Origin: an uncultured virus (IMG/VR IMGVR_UViG_3300027816_004729)
Lineage: Duplodnaviria; Heunggongvirae; Uroviricota; Caudoviricetes
Strand: one strand, 5' to 3'
DNA length: 64,000 nt
IMG/VR virus record: IMGVR_UViG_3300027816_004729
Shown: in pieces, positions 19,515-29,094 of the stretch
How the letters are laid out: the number at the start of each line of letters is the position of its first letter
How positions within the stretch are numbered: the stretch's first letter is position 1
The notes under the pieces: generated by a model
Database searches by the model: none
What the model saw: only the letters and a program-made list of their open reading frames with translations
Told to the model about the DNA's origin: nothing
Position numbers and translations under genes: made by a program

Positions 19515-20380
19515 AGACCGCTTTCGCTGGAATCCTAAACAACCCGGCAAATAGTCTTAACAGTCATTCTGCGGGTTGGAACCGATTAGTCCGTTCTCTC
19601 GTTGATCCTAAAGCCGTATTTGTCGGTGAAGACTGCGACTGGTCTGCATTTGACCGTATCATCATCAATCATGGACCGAACTTTAAACCCGGCTCGTTTA
19701 ACATTATTGGCGGTATCGGTGACGCGGTACTCATGCGTTTAGAAAAGTTAGCTGCGGCTTTTGATACGGCAGAAGTTTATCAAATGGATGGATTCAATCT
19801 TGGCGACTTCTTGCAAAAGCGTTTACCTGGGCGATACGACTTTGAAGGCGAGATTCCATTTATGCCTTTGCCACAGCGCGACAAATTGGTACTGGGTGAT
19901 AGTCATTCTATCTCGGTTTGGCCAGGACCTGAATATACGATTGAGCGGCGAGATGGCCAAACGTTATGGGGATTCATGAGAGATCCCAAACCCGCGGACT
20001 TCCTATATCTGGGCAATATCGATATACGCTTCCATCTTTGCCGCCAAGAGGATCCGTTAAAATCCATGCATTCTCTTCTTGACCGATACTTACAATTTGC
20101 AGCGGACTGTAAGGCAAAAGTTAGTTGTTTACTCCCGGTAGAATCCGAAACTCGTAAAATTCCCGGCACCGGTCTTTACAAAGGTCAACCTTTCTATGGG
20201 TCACAAGCCGACCGCGCGCTTCTCGTTAATGAATTCAACTCTAGACTCATTGAGTCTGGATTAGACGTCTATTGCTGGCCAAAAACCTGGTATGAAAACG
20301 TCGAGCAATACGAGAATGAAGTCATGGAACCCCGTCAATCTGTACATATACGCCCAAAACACTATGCAAGTCAAATCTGA
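19511..20380 (+). CDS. SGNH-like protein in DNA-modification cluster
   Basis: LGDSHS (block I-like), YLGNID (block III-like), SVH at the C-terminus (block V-like); overlaps both neighbours. Confidence 0.5.
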   Translation: MKTAFAGILNNPANSLNSHSAGWNRLVRSLVDPKAVFVGEDCDWSAFDRIIINHGPNFKPGSFNIIGGIGDAVLMRLEKLAAAFDTAEVYQMDGFNLGDFLQKRLPGRYDFEGEIPFMPLPQRDKLVLGDSHSISVWPGPEYTIERRDGQTLWGFMRDPKPADFLYLGNIDIRFHLCRQEDPLKSMHSLLDRYLQFAADCKAKVSCLLPVESETRKIPGTGLYKGQPFYGSQADRALLVNEFNSRLIESGLDVYCWPKTWYENVEQYENEVMEPRQSVHIRPKHYASQI

Positions 20381-21329
20381 AATTCTTGAAGCCTTAGACG
20401 ACTATCACTATAAAAGTCTACGAATGCAGCGTTATTTCCTCGACAAACAAACCCGAGGTCTTTCGCTTGAAGAAATCGAGTTAGAAATCAATGATGACTT
20501 AATCTTCCGCGTGCCGATTTACGACATGTTAGACCGACGCTATGCGGCTTTCTGTTCTTTCCTGGAAGCTCTTGACAAACGAGAAGACGACCCAAAAGGA
20601 CATGGCCTTCGATTCAAGGACCACCAGGTCGCGCGTAGAATCGACAAACTCATGCTTTATTATCTTTTCCGTTTATGCGGTTCTGGGATCAATTACGTGC
20701 CAACAACGCATGGATTCGGGAACTTCTGGATCGTTAAAAGTATCCTGGACGGAAGATACCGCTATGAAGAATGGCTTCAAGACTTGCCGGACGCCAAGTT
20801 CAGTGACAACAAAGGCTATCTTCTTCCGCAATTCTCAATCGGTCTTAAGACATTCATTCTTGAACACGCTTACGGCCTTGTGAAGTTTATCGAATCCGAA
20901 ATTGTGGATTCACTCCAAGACATCAAAGAGATTGTGGACAAAGGCAATATCTATCTGAAAGAAAACGGCTTCAAGCGCCAAACGTTTGTGCTCTCTGCTT
21001 TTGCCGCGGATATTGCCGAGTATTATCCTGATTATGTGAACCCCCATAGCATGATTTACGCCGGTACAAACGCTCAGAAGTGCATCAAGGCTATATTCGG
21101 CCGTTGTAATCCGGATGAAGCGATTTCGTTCTTAACCGAACGGTACAATTCCGTACCTTATTCCATTGAAGACTCAAGACTCTGCGATCCAGTACGGTAC
21201 TTTCTGGAATATCAGTCAAAAGACCATATCCGCGCTAATGGCGGAAAAACTTACAAGAACAATTCAACCCTCAAAAAATTGTGGACCGAACAAGAATACC
21301 AAAATTTTCAGCAACAACTTCAGAAGTAA
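20364..21329 (+). CDS. 5-hmdU DNA kinase helical-domain-like (aGPT-Pplase clade 1-like) protein
   Basis: Order of motifs IYDMLDRR, YLFRL, F.LSAFAADI, YAGTNA.KCI..IF, IED..LCD..RY parallels the NV.RE.D / LFR / F.AY....DL / GPGA..GL / IE..LCE..KY pattern recalled for this family; divergent. Confidence 0.55.
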   Translation: MQVKSEILEALDDYHYKSLRMQRYFLDKQTRGLSLEEIELEINDDLIFRVPIYDMLDRRYAAFCSFLEALDKREDDPKGHGLRFKDHQVARRIDKLMLYYLFRLCGSGINYVPTTHGFGNFWIVKSILDGRYRYEEWLQDLPDAKFSDNKGYLLPQFSIGLKTFILEHAYGLVKFIESEIVDSLQDIKEIVDKGNIYLKENGFKRQTFVLSAFAADIAEYYPDYVNPHSMIYAGTNAQKCIKAIFGRCNPDEAISFLTERYNSVPYSIEDSRLCDPVRYFLEYQSKDHIRANGGKTYKNNSTLKKLWTEQEYQNFQQQLQK

Positions 21330-22129
21330 ATCAGGACGCTATCTATACTCGAGACCAGTATCTCGAAATGATAGGCGACTTCAAGAGTTCTTTTCCTACT
21401 CCGGTTATCGAGACGCATGAAGGTCGGTACGTTGTGCGTGAAGATTTACTCGAAGTAGGCACGAAATCCCGAGCTGGAGAATTCCTTATCGCGACTTGCC
21501 CTTATGATACGATCGTTTACGTTCAACCTCGTTGCGGTTTTGCCGGAATTTCGTTGACCAAACTCTGTAAAATGTACGGCAAAAAACTGGTCTTGTTTAT
21601 GCCTTCGTCAAAAGAAGTCTCGAATCATCAAGCTTGGTGCATTGAACACGGCTGCGAATATCATTTCCATAGGATTGCGGCTATGCCCAATTTGAATTTG
21701 ATTGCGGCTAAATGGGCTGAAGAAAACGGAGCATTTTTCGTTCCTCTTGGTTTGCACCATAAATTGGTCACGGCCATGCTTGTCAAAGTCGCCTATGAAC
21801 TATGCGAACCGGATTGCTTTTGGACGGCATTTTCAACGGGTGTTCTTAACCGCGCTCTTCAAATTGCTTGGCCCGAGGCTGAAGCAAATGGCGTAGCGGT
21901 GGCCCGCAATATCCATGAAGGGGAAAAAGGTCGTGCCAGGATCGTGGGCCATTATAGATCCTTTACTCAAGATAGTCTAATATTGCCGCCATTTCCTTCT
22001 GCACCAAATTATGACGCCAAAGTCTGGGAATTCACAGAACCTGGCGATTTATTTTGGAACGTAGCCGGAGAAGTCAAAAGCAATTTAAACCCTGCGACAA
22101 TCAATTCTTATCGAGACTGGAAAAAATGA
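21281..22129 (+). CDS. PLP-dependent enzyme (fold type II), DNA-hypermodification type
   Basis: VVREDLL..GTKSR (PLP-Lys motif), STG loop, NYDAK.W..; start uncertain. Confidence 0.7.
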   Translation: MDRTRIPKFSATTSEVNQDAIYTRDQYLEMIGDFKSSFPTPVIETHEGRYVVREDLLEVGTKSRAGEFLIATCPYDTIVYVQPRCGFAGISLTKLCKMYGKKLVLFMPSSKEVSNHQAWCIEHGCEYHFHRIAAMPNLNLIAAKWAEENGAFFVPLGLHHKLVTAMLVKVAYELCEPDCFWTAFSTGVLNRALQIAWPEAEANGVAVARNIHEGEKGRARIVGHYRSFTQDSLILPPFPSAPNYDAKVWEFTEPGDLFWNVAGEVKSNLNPATINSYRDWKK

Positions 22130-22752
22130 GTGCTAATCACCATTGCTTAAACGCGTCAATTCCTCAGCATCTTTATGGCTATGTAAACCGTCTTTTTTTG
22201 ACGGGGTATGACCCAGAAGAAGAACTTAATTACGAACCGTGCGTCATTTTTGGCGTGACGTCGATTCCTTCGCGCGCGTTGCATTTTTCAATTTTATGCG
22301 AAAGCGGGGCGCAGTGGGCAAGAGTCCCATTGCACATGTTACGCTGGGAAATTCCGGCAATAGACAAAGCGCCAGAGCATTCACTCTCCGAGTTGCAAAT
22401 GTGGGATTCTCATGGCTGGGATTTTAGCGTTTGTCGTTACGAGTATTTGCGCGAACTCGGTTGCCAATACCGCAAACGCGACGGCGCATTATTGCCCGCG
22501 TCGTATTGGTTCACCCTCGATCACACGGACAACGGATATAGTCAATATCCACCTGAACATAAGTGCTACCATTTGCTTTTGATTGAAGATGGATCTGGAC
22601 AAATTGCGGCGCAACCGAATAACCGTATCGTATGGCGCGATGATAGTTTTGTCAAGCCAGGACATAGTCTGAACTACAAAGTCGTAACGCGTGAAACTTA
22701 TCACGCTGAGATTGGACGCAATCCCCAAGATACCGCTTTTACAACTGAGTAA
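22126..22752 (+). CDS. conserved-looking phage hypothetical protein
   Basis: ATG at 22126 (ATGA overlap); motifs GA.W.R.P, YWFTLD, EHK, QPNNR. Confidence 0.65.
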   Translation: MSANHHCLNASIPQHLYGYVNRLFLTGYDPEEELNYEPCVIFGVTSIPSRALHFSILCESGAQWARVPLHMLRWEIPAIDKAPEHSLSELQMWDSHGWDFSVCRYEYLRELGCQYRKRDGALLPASYWFTLDHTDNGYSQYPPEHKCYHLLLIEDGSGQIAAQPNNRIVWRDDSFVKPGHSLNYKVVTRETYHAEIGRNPQDTAFTTE

Positions 22753-22753
22753 A

Positions 22754-22797
22754 TTTTTAAAAAAAAATGTTTACTTAGCAGCTGGCCATATTAAAAC
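22754..22797 (+). promoter_or_regulatory. degenerate copy of the phage promoter motif
   Basis: TTTTAAAAAAAAATGTTTACTTAGCAGCTG shares the A-tract, the TGT.TAC-like box and TAGCAGC with the copies at 32675 and 34121. Confidence 0.4.
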
Positions 22798-22807
22798 CAA
22801 CATTGTC

Positions 22808-23239
22808 ATGAGTACAACAAGCCCAAAACCCAATCTCGTCATTAGACGTGATGCTAAGAAAGAAATCGTCGAAGCTTTGCAAGCAGTTTGCGATTCCCTT
22901 AAAGGATCCAATTCGCTGCTTCTTCGTCAATGTCAGTCAGCCTTGAAGAAAGCTCTTGCGCTATCATTTGCGGTATCGCTAAGCGCATGCTCTTCGATGG
23001 TCAAAGAGACCTACACTGAGACACGCGAATTCAACTACCCGAAAGGTGTCACCCCGCACCTCAAGGATATGTATATGCACAAGTCGCCGCCACCGCAAGC
23101 TTCCAATAACGACGTAGTCGACTTTGCTCAACCAGTCGCGGAATTACAAGATGAACTACCGCGTAGTCTTGAAGAGATCAAAGCCGAAAACCGCCTTCTA
23201 GCGGCAATGCACGTTAACAAAATGCTACGCGAACAATGA
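22808..23239 (+). CDS. hypothetical protein with internal hydrophobic/lipobox-like segment
   Basis: ATG at 22808; ALALSFAVSLSAC segment. Confidence 0.5.
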   Translation: MSTTSPKPNLVIRRDAKKEIVEALQAVCDSLKGSNSLLLRQCQSALKKALALSFAVSLSACSSMVKETYTETREFNYPKGVTPHLKDMYMHKSPPPQASNNDVVDFAQPVAELQDELPRSLEEIKAENRLLAAMHVNKMLREQ

Positions 23240-23700
23240 AACGTTTATCGATCGAAGACTATGCAATGGCTATTGCTTTTGCTGCGTCCATGCGCAGCGA
23301 AGATCCATCCAGGAAAGTTGGCGCAGTGGCGCTAGACTGGGAAAACCGGGTCATAGCCACAAGTTATAACGGGCTACCGAAAGGGTTCCAAGAATCGGAT
23401 TCTTTCTGGGAAGACCACGACAAACGTCGTAAGTTTGTGGTACATGCCGAGACTAATCTTTGTTCATTGACGGTGCGCGGTCAAGTTCTCACAGTAGCAG
23501 TGACAACGATGCCTTGCGCAGCTTGCGCTATAAACCTTGTAGCGCATGGAGTCAAAAAAGTTATCTACGGCGAAGACTATCCGCGCGATCCCGTAGGACG
23601 AGAAATCCTTGAGCATTACTGCGTAGAATTAATTCACGTTCCACGCAATGCATTAACCCGCATTAATTTTCCAATTCAAACAAGTCAACAATCATTATGA
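23236..23700 (+). CDS. dCMP deaminase
   Basis: RSED..RKVGA, YNG.P, HAE and PCAAC zinc motifs. Confidence 0.92.
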   Translation: MKRLSIEDYAMAIAFAASMRSEDPSRKVGAVALDWENRVIATSYNGLPKGFQESDSFWEDHDKRRKFVVHAETNLCSLTVRGQVLTVAVTTMPCAACAINLVAHGVKKVIYGEDYPRDPVGREILEHYCVELIHVPRNALTRINFPIQTSQQSL

Positions 23701-24857
23701 GTACATTAAACCATAGCGAACGCGAGCATTCGCGTATATCCCCATCAGGACTAAAGTCCTTGCAGGTTTGCCCGGGTTATCAATCCGATGGCAAAGAAAA
23801 CGCAGCTTCTAAACGCGGCACTAGTTTGCATGAAATCATGGAACTCGGCAAGATTCCGGATAATTGCACGCTACCTCCTGAAGACATTGCCGTGGCAAAT
23901 CAAGTTTTAGAATTGCTAAAAGAGATTGACGCTCAAAGCGAGTATGAACCTATTGTGGAAATACTCGTACGTTACGATGCCTTAGAACTCAAAGACTTTG
24001 AACAAGGCCATATCGATCGAGTTTTAGTTCTCGACACGAATCCTGAAGGCGAACCTACTAAGTTAGAATTAGTTGACTTTAAGTTTGGGCAATGGGAGGT
24101 TGATTCACTCCACGAAAACATCCAGTTCAGGGCTTATGCCTTGGGTCTTTTCTTGCAATTTCCGGCAGTACAAACTATTCGATTACGACTCGTTCAACCA
24201 GCGTTGAATATCAACACTACATACGATCTAACTCGCTCAAAAGACTACGAGTTGATTGTCACGCAAATTAAGTCAATTGTCAAACGCAAGCATCACTACG
24301 ATGAAACTAAAGATGCAAGCATGCTCAAACCCGAATCGCAATGCGCATTCTGCGCGGCTCAAGCGACTTGCAAAAAATGGCAAGAGCACATGGTTCGAGT
24401 GGCCAACGAGAGTAACTTTCTCGGCACGCAAGTCGTACCGATCGAAAAAGTAGATGATCCATACTCGGCCGAACCGAATGAAGTCGTTAGAATCTTCCGC
24501 TGGATCAAACCCATGGAAGATTACTTGAAAAAAGTCAAAAAATTGGCTTTGGCTTGTTATGACAATGGTAGATTTTCGGACGAGTTCACGCTTATCGAAA
24601 AGTCAGGCGACGTGACAGTCGTCGACCCGATCCTTGCCCGCGACTTATTACAGCAGCACTACGGCATTGATCCGATGGAATACTTGGCATCTTGTGAGAT
24701 TTCTTTAACCAAAATACGCGAGTTAGTTGGCGCAAAAGCTTCTCAAGGCAATAAAGGAAAAGATCAAGAAGAAGCCATTAAACTTCTCTCTGATAACGGG
24801 ATCATACAATATGGCCCTGAAATCCGATATGTCCAGTTATCGCGTAAACGCAAATGA
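23697..24857 (+). CDS. Cas4-like PD-(D/E)XK exonuclease (DUF2800-like)
   Basis: SPS..CPG, GT.LHE, GHID, DFKFG, Q..AY, C..C.....C. Confidence 0.8.
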   Translation: MSTLNHSEREHSRISPSGLKSLQVCPGYQSDGKENAASKRGTSLHEIMELGKIPDNCTLPPEDIAVANQVLELLKEIDAQSEYEPIVEILVRYDALELKDFEQGHIDRVLVLDTNPEGEPTKLELVDFKFGQWEVDSLHENIQFRAYALGLFLQFPAVQTIRLRLVQPALNINTTYDLTRSKDYELIVTQIKSIVKRKHHYDETKDASMLKPESQCAFCAAQATCKKWQEHMVRVANESNFLGTQVVPIEKVDDPYSAEPNEVVRIFRWIKPMEDYLKKVKKLALACYDNGRFSDEFTLIEKSGDVTVVDPILARDLLQQHYGIDPMEYLASCEISLTKIRELVGAKASQGNKGKDQEEAIKLLSDNGIIQYGPEIRYVQLSRKRK

Positions 24858-25096
24858 CGCTAACTAACTTTCAAAAGATGCTAGCCGACGAGGATTTACT
24901 CCCGGCGTGCATCGTAGACCATGAAACAACTTTCGCACAAATGAAGTTCACTGACTTGGATGTCGTGCAACTCGTCTTTGCGACTAGAGAATTTAGCCCG
25001 GATTTCGACGTGGAATTCGGGTCAGCTGACGAAATGTCGGTTGGCCAATGGCTAAAACTGGCTGAATGCCAGGAAACCAACAAACAAACAAAATAA
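24854..25096 (+). CDS. acyl-carrier-protein-like small acidic protein lacking the DSL serine
   Basis: 80 aa, acidic; TDLDVVQLVFA aligns with ACP DSLDTVELVMA; C-terminal SVGQW resembles TV.D. Confidence 0.4.
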   Translation: MTLTNFQKMLADEDLLPACIVDHETTFAQMKFTDLDVVQLVFATREFSPDFDVEFGSADEMSVGQWLKLAECQETNKQTK

Positions 25097-25110
25097 CATA
25101 CACACATAAT

Positions 25111-26079
25111 ATGGCAGTTGTACCAATGAAGTTGTCGCTGAAAAAGAAAACAGCAGACGTGACACCCGCACAAAACGCAGTTCAAGAAGAACCTGTAGCT
25201 CCAAAAAGGCTTACTAAGAAAGTTGAAGAAGAGCAAATGGAATTATTTGAAGACGCTCCGGCCAAACCCGTAGTTCAAGTCGACTCTGAACCTGTAGAAG
25301 AAACTCCTAAATTGAAAAAAGTCGCAATTGTTGAAAAAACTCTGGCGCCTAAAGTTGAAGAAGTTGACGAGGAACTTGAAATCATTAGCGCCGATCCGGC
25401 AGATCGTGCTTTGGCCAATTTCTCGCCAATGGCAATGGGAACAATCGATGGTGCAATCACAGAGCGCGATCTTTTGCGCCCGCGTATCACCATGGTTCAA
25501 GCCAATTCGTCAGATTTGGAAGAACGAGGATATACCGTTGGCCAAATCGTTCTGAATGGACAGGTGTTGATCTGGGACAAAGGTTTTGATCCTCTTAATT
25601 TAGTCCTCGTAACTGGCCGTAAAAAGTTTATTCAAAAACTTAGCGACGAGGAATACAAAGAAGGAGTTATTCCGATGATCTTTGAAAATCCTAAGGACGC
25701 AGAAGCCGCTGGATTTACTACCGAGTGGGAAAATAATGAACCTCCAACCGTTGACCCGGCGTTGTTCTGCTTGTTCCTCTTGCAACAACCGGATTACATC
25801 GAACCAGATCCGATTTTCAGCATGGAGTTTGACGGTAAAGCATACACGCTTGCAGAAATGCGTTTTTCAGGCGTTAACTTCCGTAGTTCCAGCGCGGGCC
25901 GTTGGCTAATGACGCAAACGCGCACATCGCTTGCGCCCGATAGTCGGCATTTTTCAATCGGTATGACATGCTCTCGTGAAAAACAGAAATCCGGGAATAT
26001 TGTTACGGTTGCTTCATTCCGCAATCAAGGGCGCCACAAAAATCCACGATTCATAGAGTGGGTTATGTCGCTCGCATAA
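25111..26079 (+). CDS. ssDNA-binding/recombination protein (putative)
   Basis: Sits between exonuclease and PolA; DL..PRI..VQ..S motif; low-complexity acidic N-terminus; ATG at 25111 after an AC-rich leader. Confidence 0.45.
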   Translation: MAVVPMKLSLKKKTADVTPAQNAVQEEPVAPKRLTKKVEEEQMELFEDAPAKPVVQVDSEPVEETPKLKKVAIVEKTLAPKVEEVDEELEIISADPADRALANFSPMAMGTIDGAITERDLLRPRITMVQANSSDLEERGYTVGQIVLNGQVLIWDKGFDPLNLVLVTGRKKFIQKLSDEEYKEGVIPMIFENPKDAEAAGFTTEWENNEPPTVDPALFCLFLLQQPDYIEPDPIFSMEFDGKAYTLAEMRFSGVNFRSSSAGRWLMTQTRTSLAPDSRHFSIGMTCSREKQKSGNIVTVASFRNQGRHKNPRFIEWVMSLA

Positions 26080-26081
26080 TT

Positions 26082-26161
26082 TGGGCGCTAGTTCCCTAGG
26101 GCTTCGGGACTAGCGGCTCATGACACCCGAGCTGGCAGACCTCGGTCAAAAGCTGTCTGCC
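26082..26161 (+). ncRNA. structured intergenic RNA: hairpin plus H-type pseudoknot
   Basis: Stem 26086-26095/26106-26115; pseudoknot S1 CCGAG 26127-31/CTCGG 26141-45 and S2 GGCAGAC 26134-40/GTCTGCC 26155-61. Confidence 0.55.
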
Positions 26162-26168
26162 TATTTTT

Positions 26169-26810
26169 ATGAACCAACCCGCAATTTACCGATTTAGAAT
26201 TCCAGATTTTCCAGGTCACGAAGACAGCGTTACCGGTTTTCATTTTTCATTTTTGGCAAACCTGACTGACATAGCCACACTCCCTAATCTTCCTTGGACG
26301 ACTATCTTTGTGGATTCTCCAGAAGAAGCCGGCGAACCTTTGGCCTGGCGAATGAATGCCACAGACCAATCTACATTCGTGGAGTTGGAAACAATTTCAG
26401 ATGCCGGTATGTCTACTATGTTAGACGAAGCTCGGAAAGCTTGGCAAAATTTAATCGCTACAACGTTTAAGAATGCTCGCTACATGTCATTGTTAGGAGC
26501 GCACCGCGAAGTCATTGATAGAGTCCAAGAACCGATTAAAAAGCGGCACGTTAAAGTCTACACGCTGCAAGATGATTTTTTAGCTAAAATGTATGCCGTA
26601 GGATCCGCGGATATCGTTCGTATAGCGGGTGTCCTCTCAAGGAAAGACAGCGAAGATGAGGCCGATCATTTTATCGGGGCTATAAAACTTGAACATTTTT
26701 TGTGGGGACTAAACGAAACTCGTCTTGAAGAATGGCAACAACAGCGTTACGATAAGGCCATTGCCGGGGATTACAGTTTATTTATCAGTAAATACGCTCC
26801 ACAAGAATGA
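26169..26810 (+). CDS. hypothetical protein
   Basis: 213-aa ORF overlapping the PolA start. Confidence 0.65.
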   Translation: MNQPAIYRFRIPDFPGHEDSVTGFHFSFLANLTDIATLPNLPWTTIFVDSPEEAGEPLAWRMNATDQSTFVELETISDAGMSTMLDEARKAWQNLIATTFKNARYMSLLGAHREVIDRVQEPIKKRHVKVYTLQDDFLAKMYAVGSADIVRIAGVLSRKDSEDEADHFIGAIKLEHFLWGLNETRLEEWQQQRYDKAIAGDYSLFISKYAPQE

Positions 26811-28594
26811 AAAAACCATTTGTAGCCATCGACTTTGAAACTTCCTTCTTCCCTAAACGGAAGATCGGGTTAAAGACCATGGGCGTTGACCAATATCTTT
26901 GGCACCCAGAAGTTGAAATTTATCTAGTCTCGGTTTATTCCGACATTTTAGAGCCTTTTGTAGGCCATCCGTACGATATGGATTGGAGTCTTATCAAAGA
27001 CTTTGATTGGGTCAGTCATAATGCCGGATTTGACCGCCGTGTTTTCCGTAGACTTTGCCACTTAAGACCGGAAATTGCTGAAGGCGAAACAAAGTATTGG
27101 CAATGTACGGCAAACTTGTCTACGTGGTTTGGCCATCCAAGAGACTTAAAGAAAGCGTGTGCCGCAGTGTTTAACAGCGACATTAGCAAAGACGCTCGGA
27201 AAAAGATGGAAAACAAAACCTATACCGAGTTAAAGCACTCAAATGACTGGAATGAAATTTTAGATTACGCCGCTCGCGATGCCTATTGGTGTTGGCGTCT
27301 TTGGGATGAACTCGCCGACGCATGGCCTCAAATCGAGAAAGACATATCAGATATGACGACTCGGCAAGTCATGCGCGGTTTACCTTGCGACAAAGAGTAT
27401 CTCGATCGCTCGATCAAAAAACTCGAGCGCGAATGTTGGGAAGCAAAGAATAATATTCCATGGGCTAGTAACTCCAACGACAAAGCCGTATTAAGTCCTA
27501 TTGCTTTGGCCGAAGAATGCCGCAAGATTAATGTGGCTCCGCCTAAGTCAATGGCTGAAGACAATCCTGAAACGCAACAATGGGAACTAGACAATTTGTC
27601 CATTCCATGGGTCAAAGAAATGCGTCGATATCGGAAAGCAAATTTGTTGCTGACAAAACTAAGTACGATGAAAAACCGTCTTCGGCCGTATGATGGCCGT
27701 TTTGACTTCAGCCAAAAATACTGCGGAGCCCATACAAAGCGCACTTCCGGCGACCAAGGATTCAATGTTCAAGGTTTTCAGCGTGATCCATACATGTGCA
27801 GCGATAACGAGCGCGTGGATATGCGCCGGGTCATCCATTCCATGAATGGCGGCAAACTCATTATCGCCGATCTTGCGCAAATCGAACCTAGGACGTTAGC
27901 TTGGATCACCGACGACCGAGCTAAAATTGACCTAATCAACAAAGGCGTTTCGGTCTACGAAGTTCACGCGATTCAAACGTTGGGTTGGTCCGGCGGAAAT
28001 CTTAAAAAGGAAGACCCTAAAACGTATGCGCTTTGCAAAATGCGCGTCCTTGGACTTAGTTATGGCTGCGGATGGCAAAGATTCATTGACTATTGCTTCA
28101 ACCAGTTCGGATACGAGCTTAGCGATCGTGATTCAAAGATGCAAGTCAACGATTTTCGCCGTAAAGAACGGTTGATTGTCGGTTTATGGAATCAACTACA
28201 AAGCAAGCTTGAAAATTCAGCCGGCCAAGATTTAGAAATTGAATTGCCTTCTTGGAATACTCTAAAGTATCGCGATGTACGCAAAGTTGCCGGTCAGATT
28301 ACGGCCACTCTTGCGACTGGACGCGTCAACAAAATTTGGGGCAGTCTAGCTGTTGAGAATATTATTCAATCTACGGCGAGAGATTGTTTTTACGAGAAGC
28401 TCATACAAATCGAAAATGCCGGAATTCCAACGTTGTTTAGCGTGCACGATGAAGTCATTACGGATGAAATTCCGGAAGATCAACAAAAAGACGCGCTAGA
28501 AACCGTCGAAAGTATTATGCGCGGCGAATGCGCGTGGATGCCTGGAATTGCCTTAGACTCAGAAATCACCGTTAGTCCCTTCTATTTAAAATGA
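26807..28594 (+). CDS. polA: family A DNA polymerase with 3'-5' exonuclease
   Basis: ExoI IDFET, ExoII HNAGFD, ExoIII YAARD; motif A ADLAQIE.R, motif B K.RVLGLSYG, motif C VHDE. Confidence 0.93.
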   Translation: MKKPFVAIDFETSFFPKRKIGLKTMGVDQYLWHPEVEIYLVSVYSDILEPFVGHPYDMDWSLIKDFDWVSHNAGFDRRVFRRLCHLRPEIAEGETKYWQCTANLSTWFGHPRDLKKACAAVFNSDISKDARKKMENKTYTELKHSNDWNEILDYAARDAYWCWRLWDELADAWPQIEKDISDMTTRQVMRGLPCDKEYLDRSIKKLERECWEAKNNIPWASNSNDKAVLSPIALAEECRKINVAPPKSMAEDNPETQQWELDNLSIPWVKEMRRYRKANLLLTKLSTMKNRLRPYDGRFDFSQKYCGAHTKRTSGDQGFNVQGFQRDPYMCSDNERVDMRRVIHSMNGGKLIIADLAQIEPRTLAWITDDRAKIDLINKGVSVYEVHAIQTLGWSGGNLKKEDPKTYALCKMRVLGLSYGCGWQRFIDYCFNQFGYELSDRDSKMQVNDFRRKERLIVGLWNQLQSKLENSAGQDLEIELPSWNTLKYRDVRKVAGQITATLATGRVNKIWGSLAVENIIQSTARDCFYEKLIQIENAGIPTLFSVHDEVITDEIPEDQQKDALETVESIMRGECAWMPGIALDSEITVSPFYLK

Positions 28595-29094
28595 ACAAAC
28601 CAACACCAAAATCCCTGCCACAACCACTACCACACTTCACGGTTTCCGTGATTCCTTTGGATCCAGAAAACTTGACTACGGCGTTACTCTACCGAGGCGA
28701 AGGAGTGCGCTCTGCTAAAAATTGTCTGGCCATTCCATCCGGACTTTTAGAACACGGCGAATCTTTTAAAGAGTCTATCGTGCGAGAACTAGAAGAAGAA
28801 CTCGGCATACCCGCGGATGCTTGCGGATTCCTTAAATTTCACTCACTTTACCGGAATATTTTACCAGACGGTTTTGATTGGGTAATCGGAATTTGGAGTA
28901 TAGAAGTTTCTAACTTGGCGGATCTCGCGAAAAACTGTGAACCCGACAAACACGATTACGTGAAAGTCGTGAAACTTTATGAACTTTGGGATTGGCTTAA
29001 TAATGAAAAGTCTCTTGAATTTGCGCCTAATTTAGCAGAAAACTTAAAACCCGTTGTCCGCGAAATTCTAATAAATGCTCCAATCGGAAAATGA
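28591..29094 (+). CDS. NUDIX hydrolase
   Basis: Nudix box GLLEHGESFKESIVRELEEELGI. Confidence 0.9.
   Translation: MNKPTPKSLPQPLPHFTVSVIPLDPENLTTALLYRGEGVRSAKNCLAIPSGLLEHGESFKESIVRELEEELGIPADACGFLKFHSLYRNILPDGFDWVIGIWSIEVSNLADLAKNCEPDKHDYVKVVKLYELWDWLNNEKSLEFAPNLAENLKPVVREILINAPIGK

Noticed and set aside
23697..24857. CRISPR-associated cas4
   Set aside because: Stand-alone phage Cas4-like exonuclease in a replication block; no array or other cas genes.
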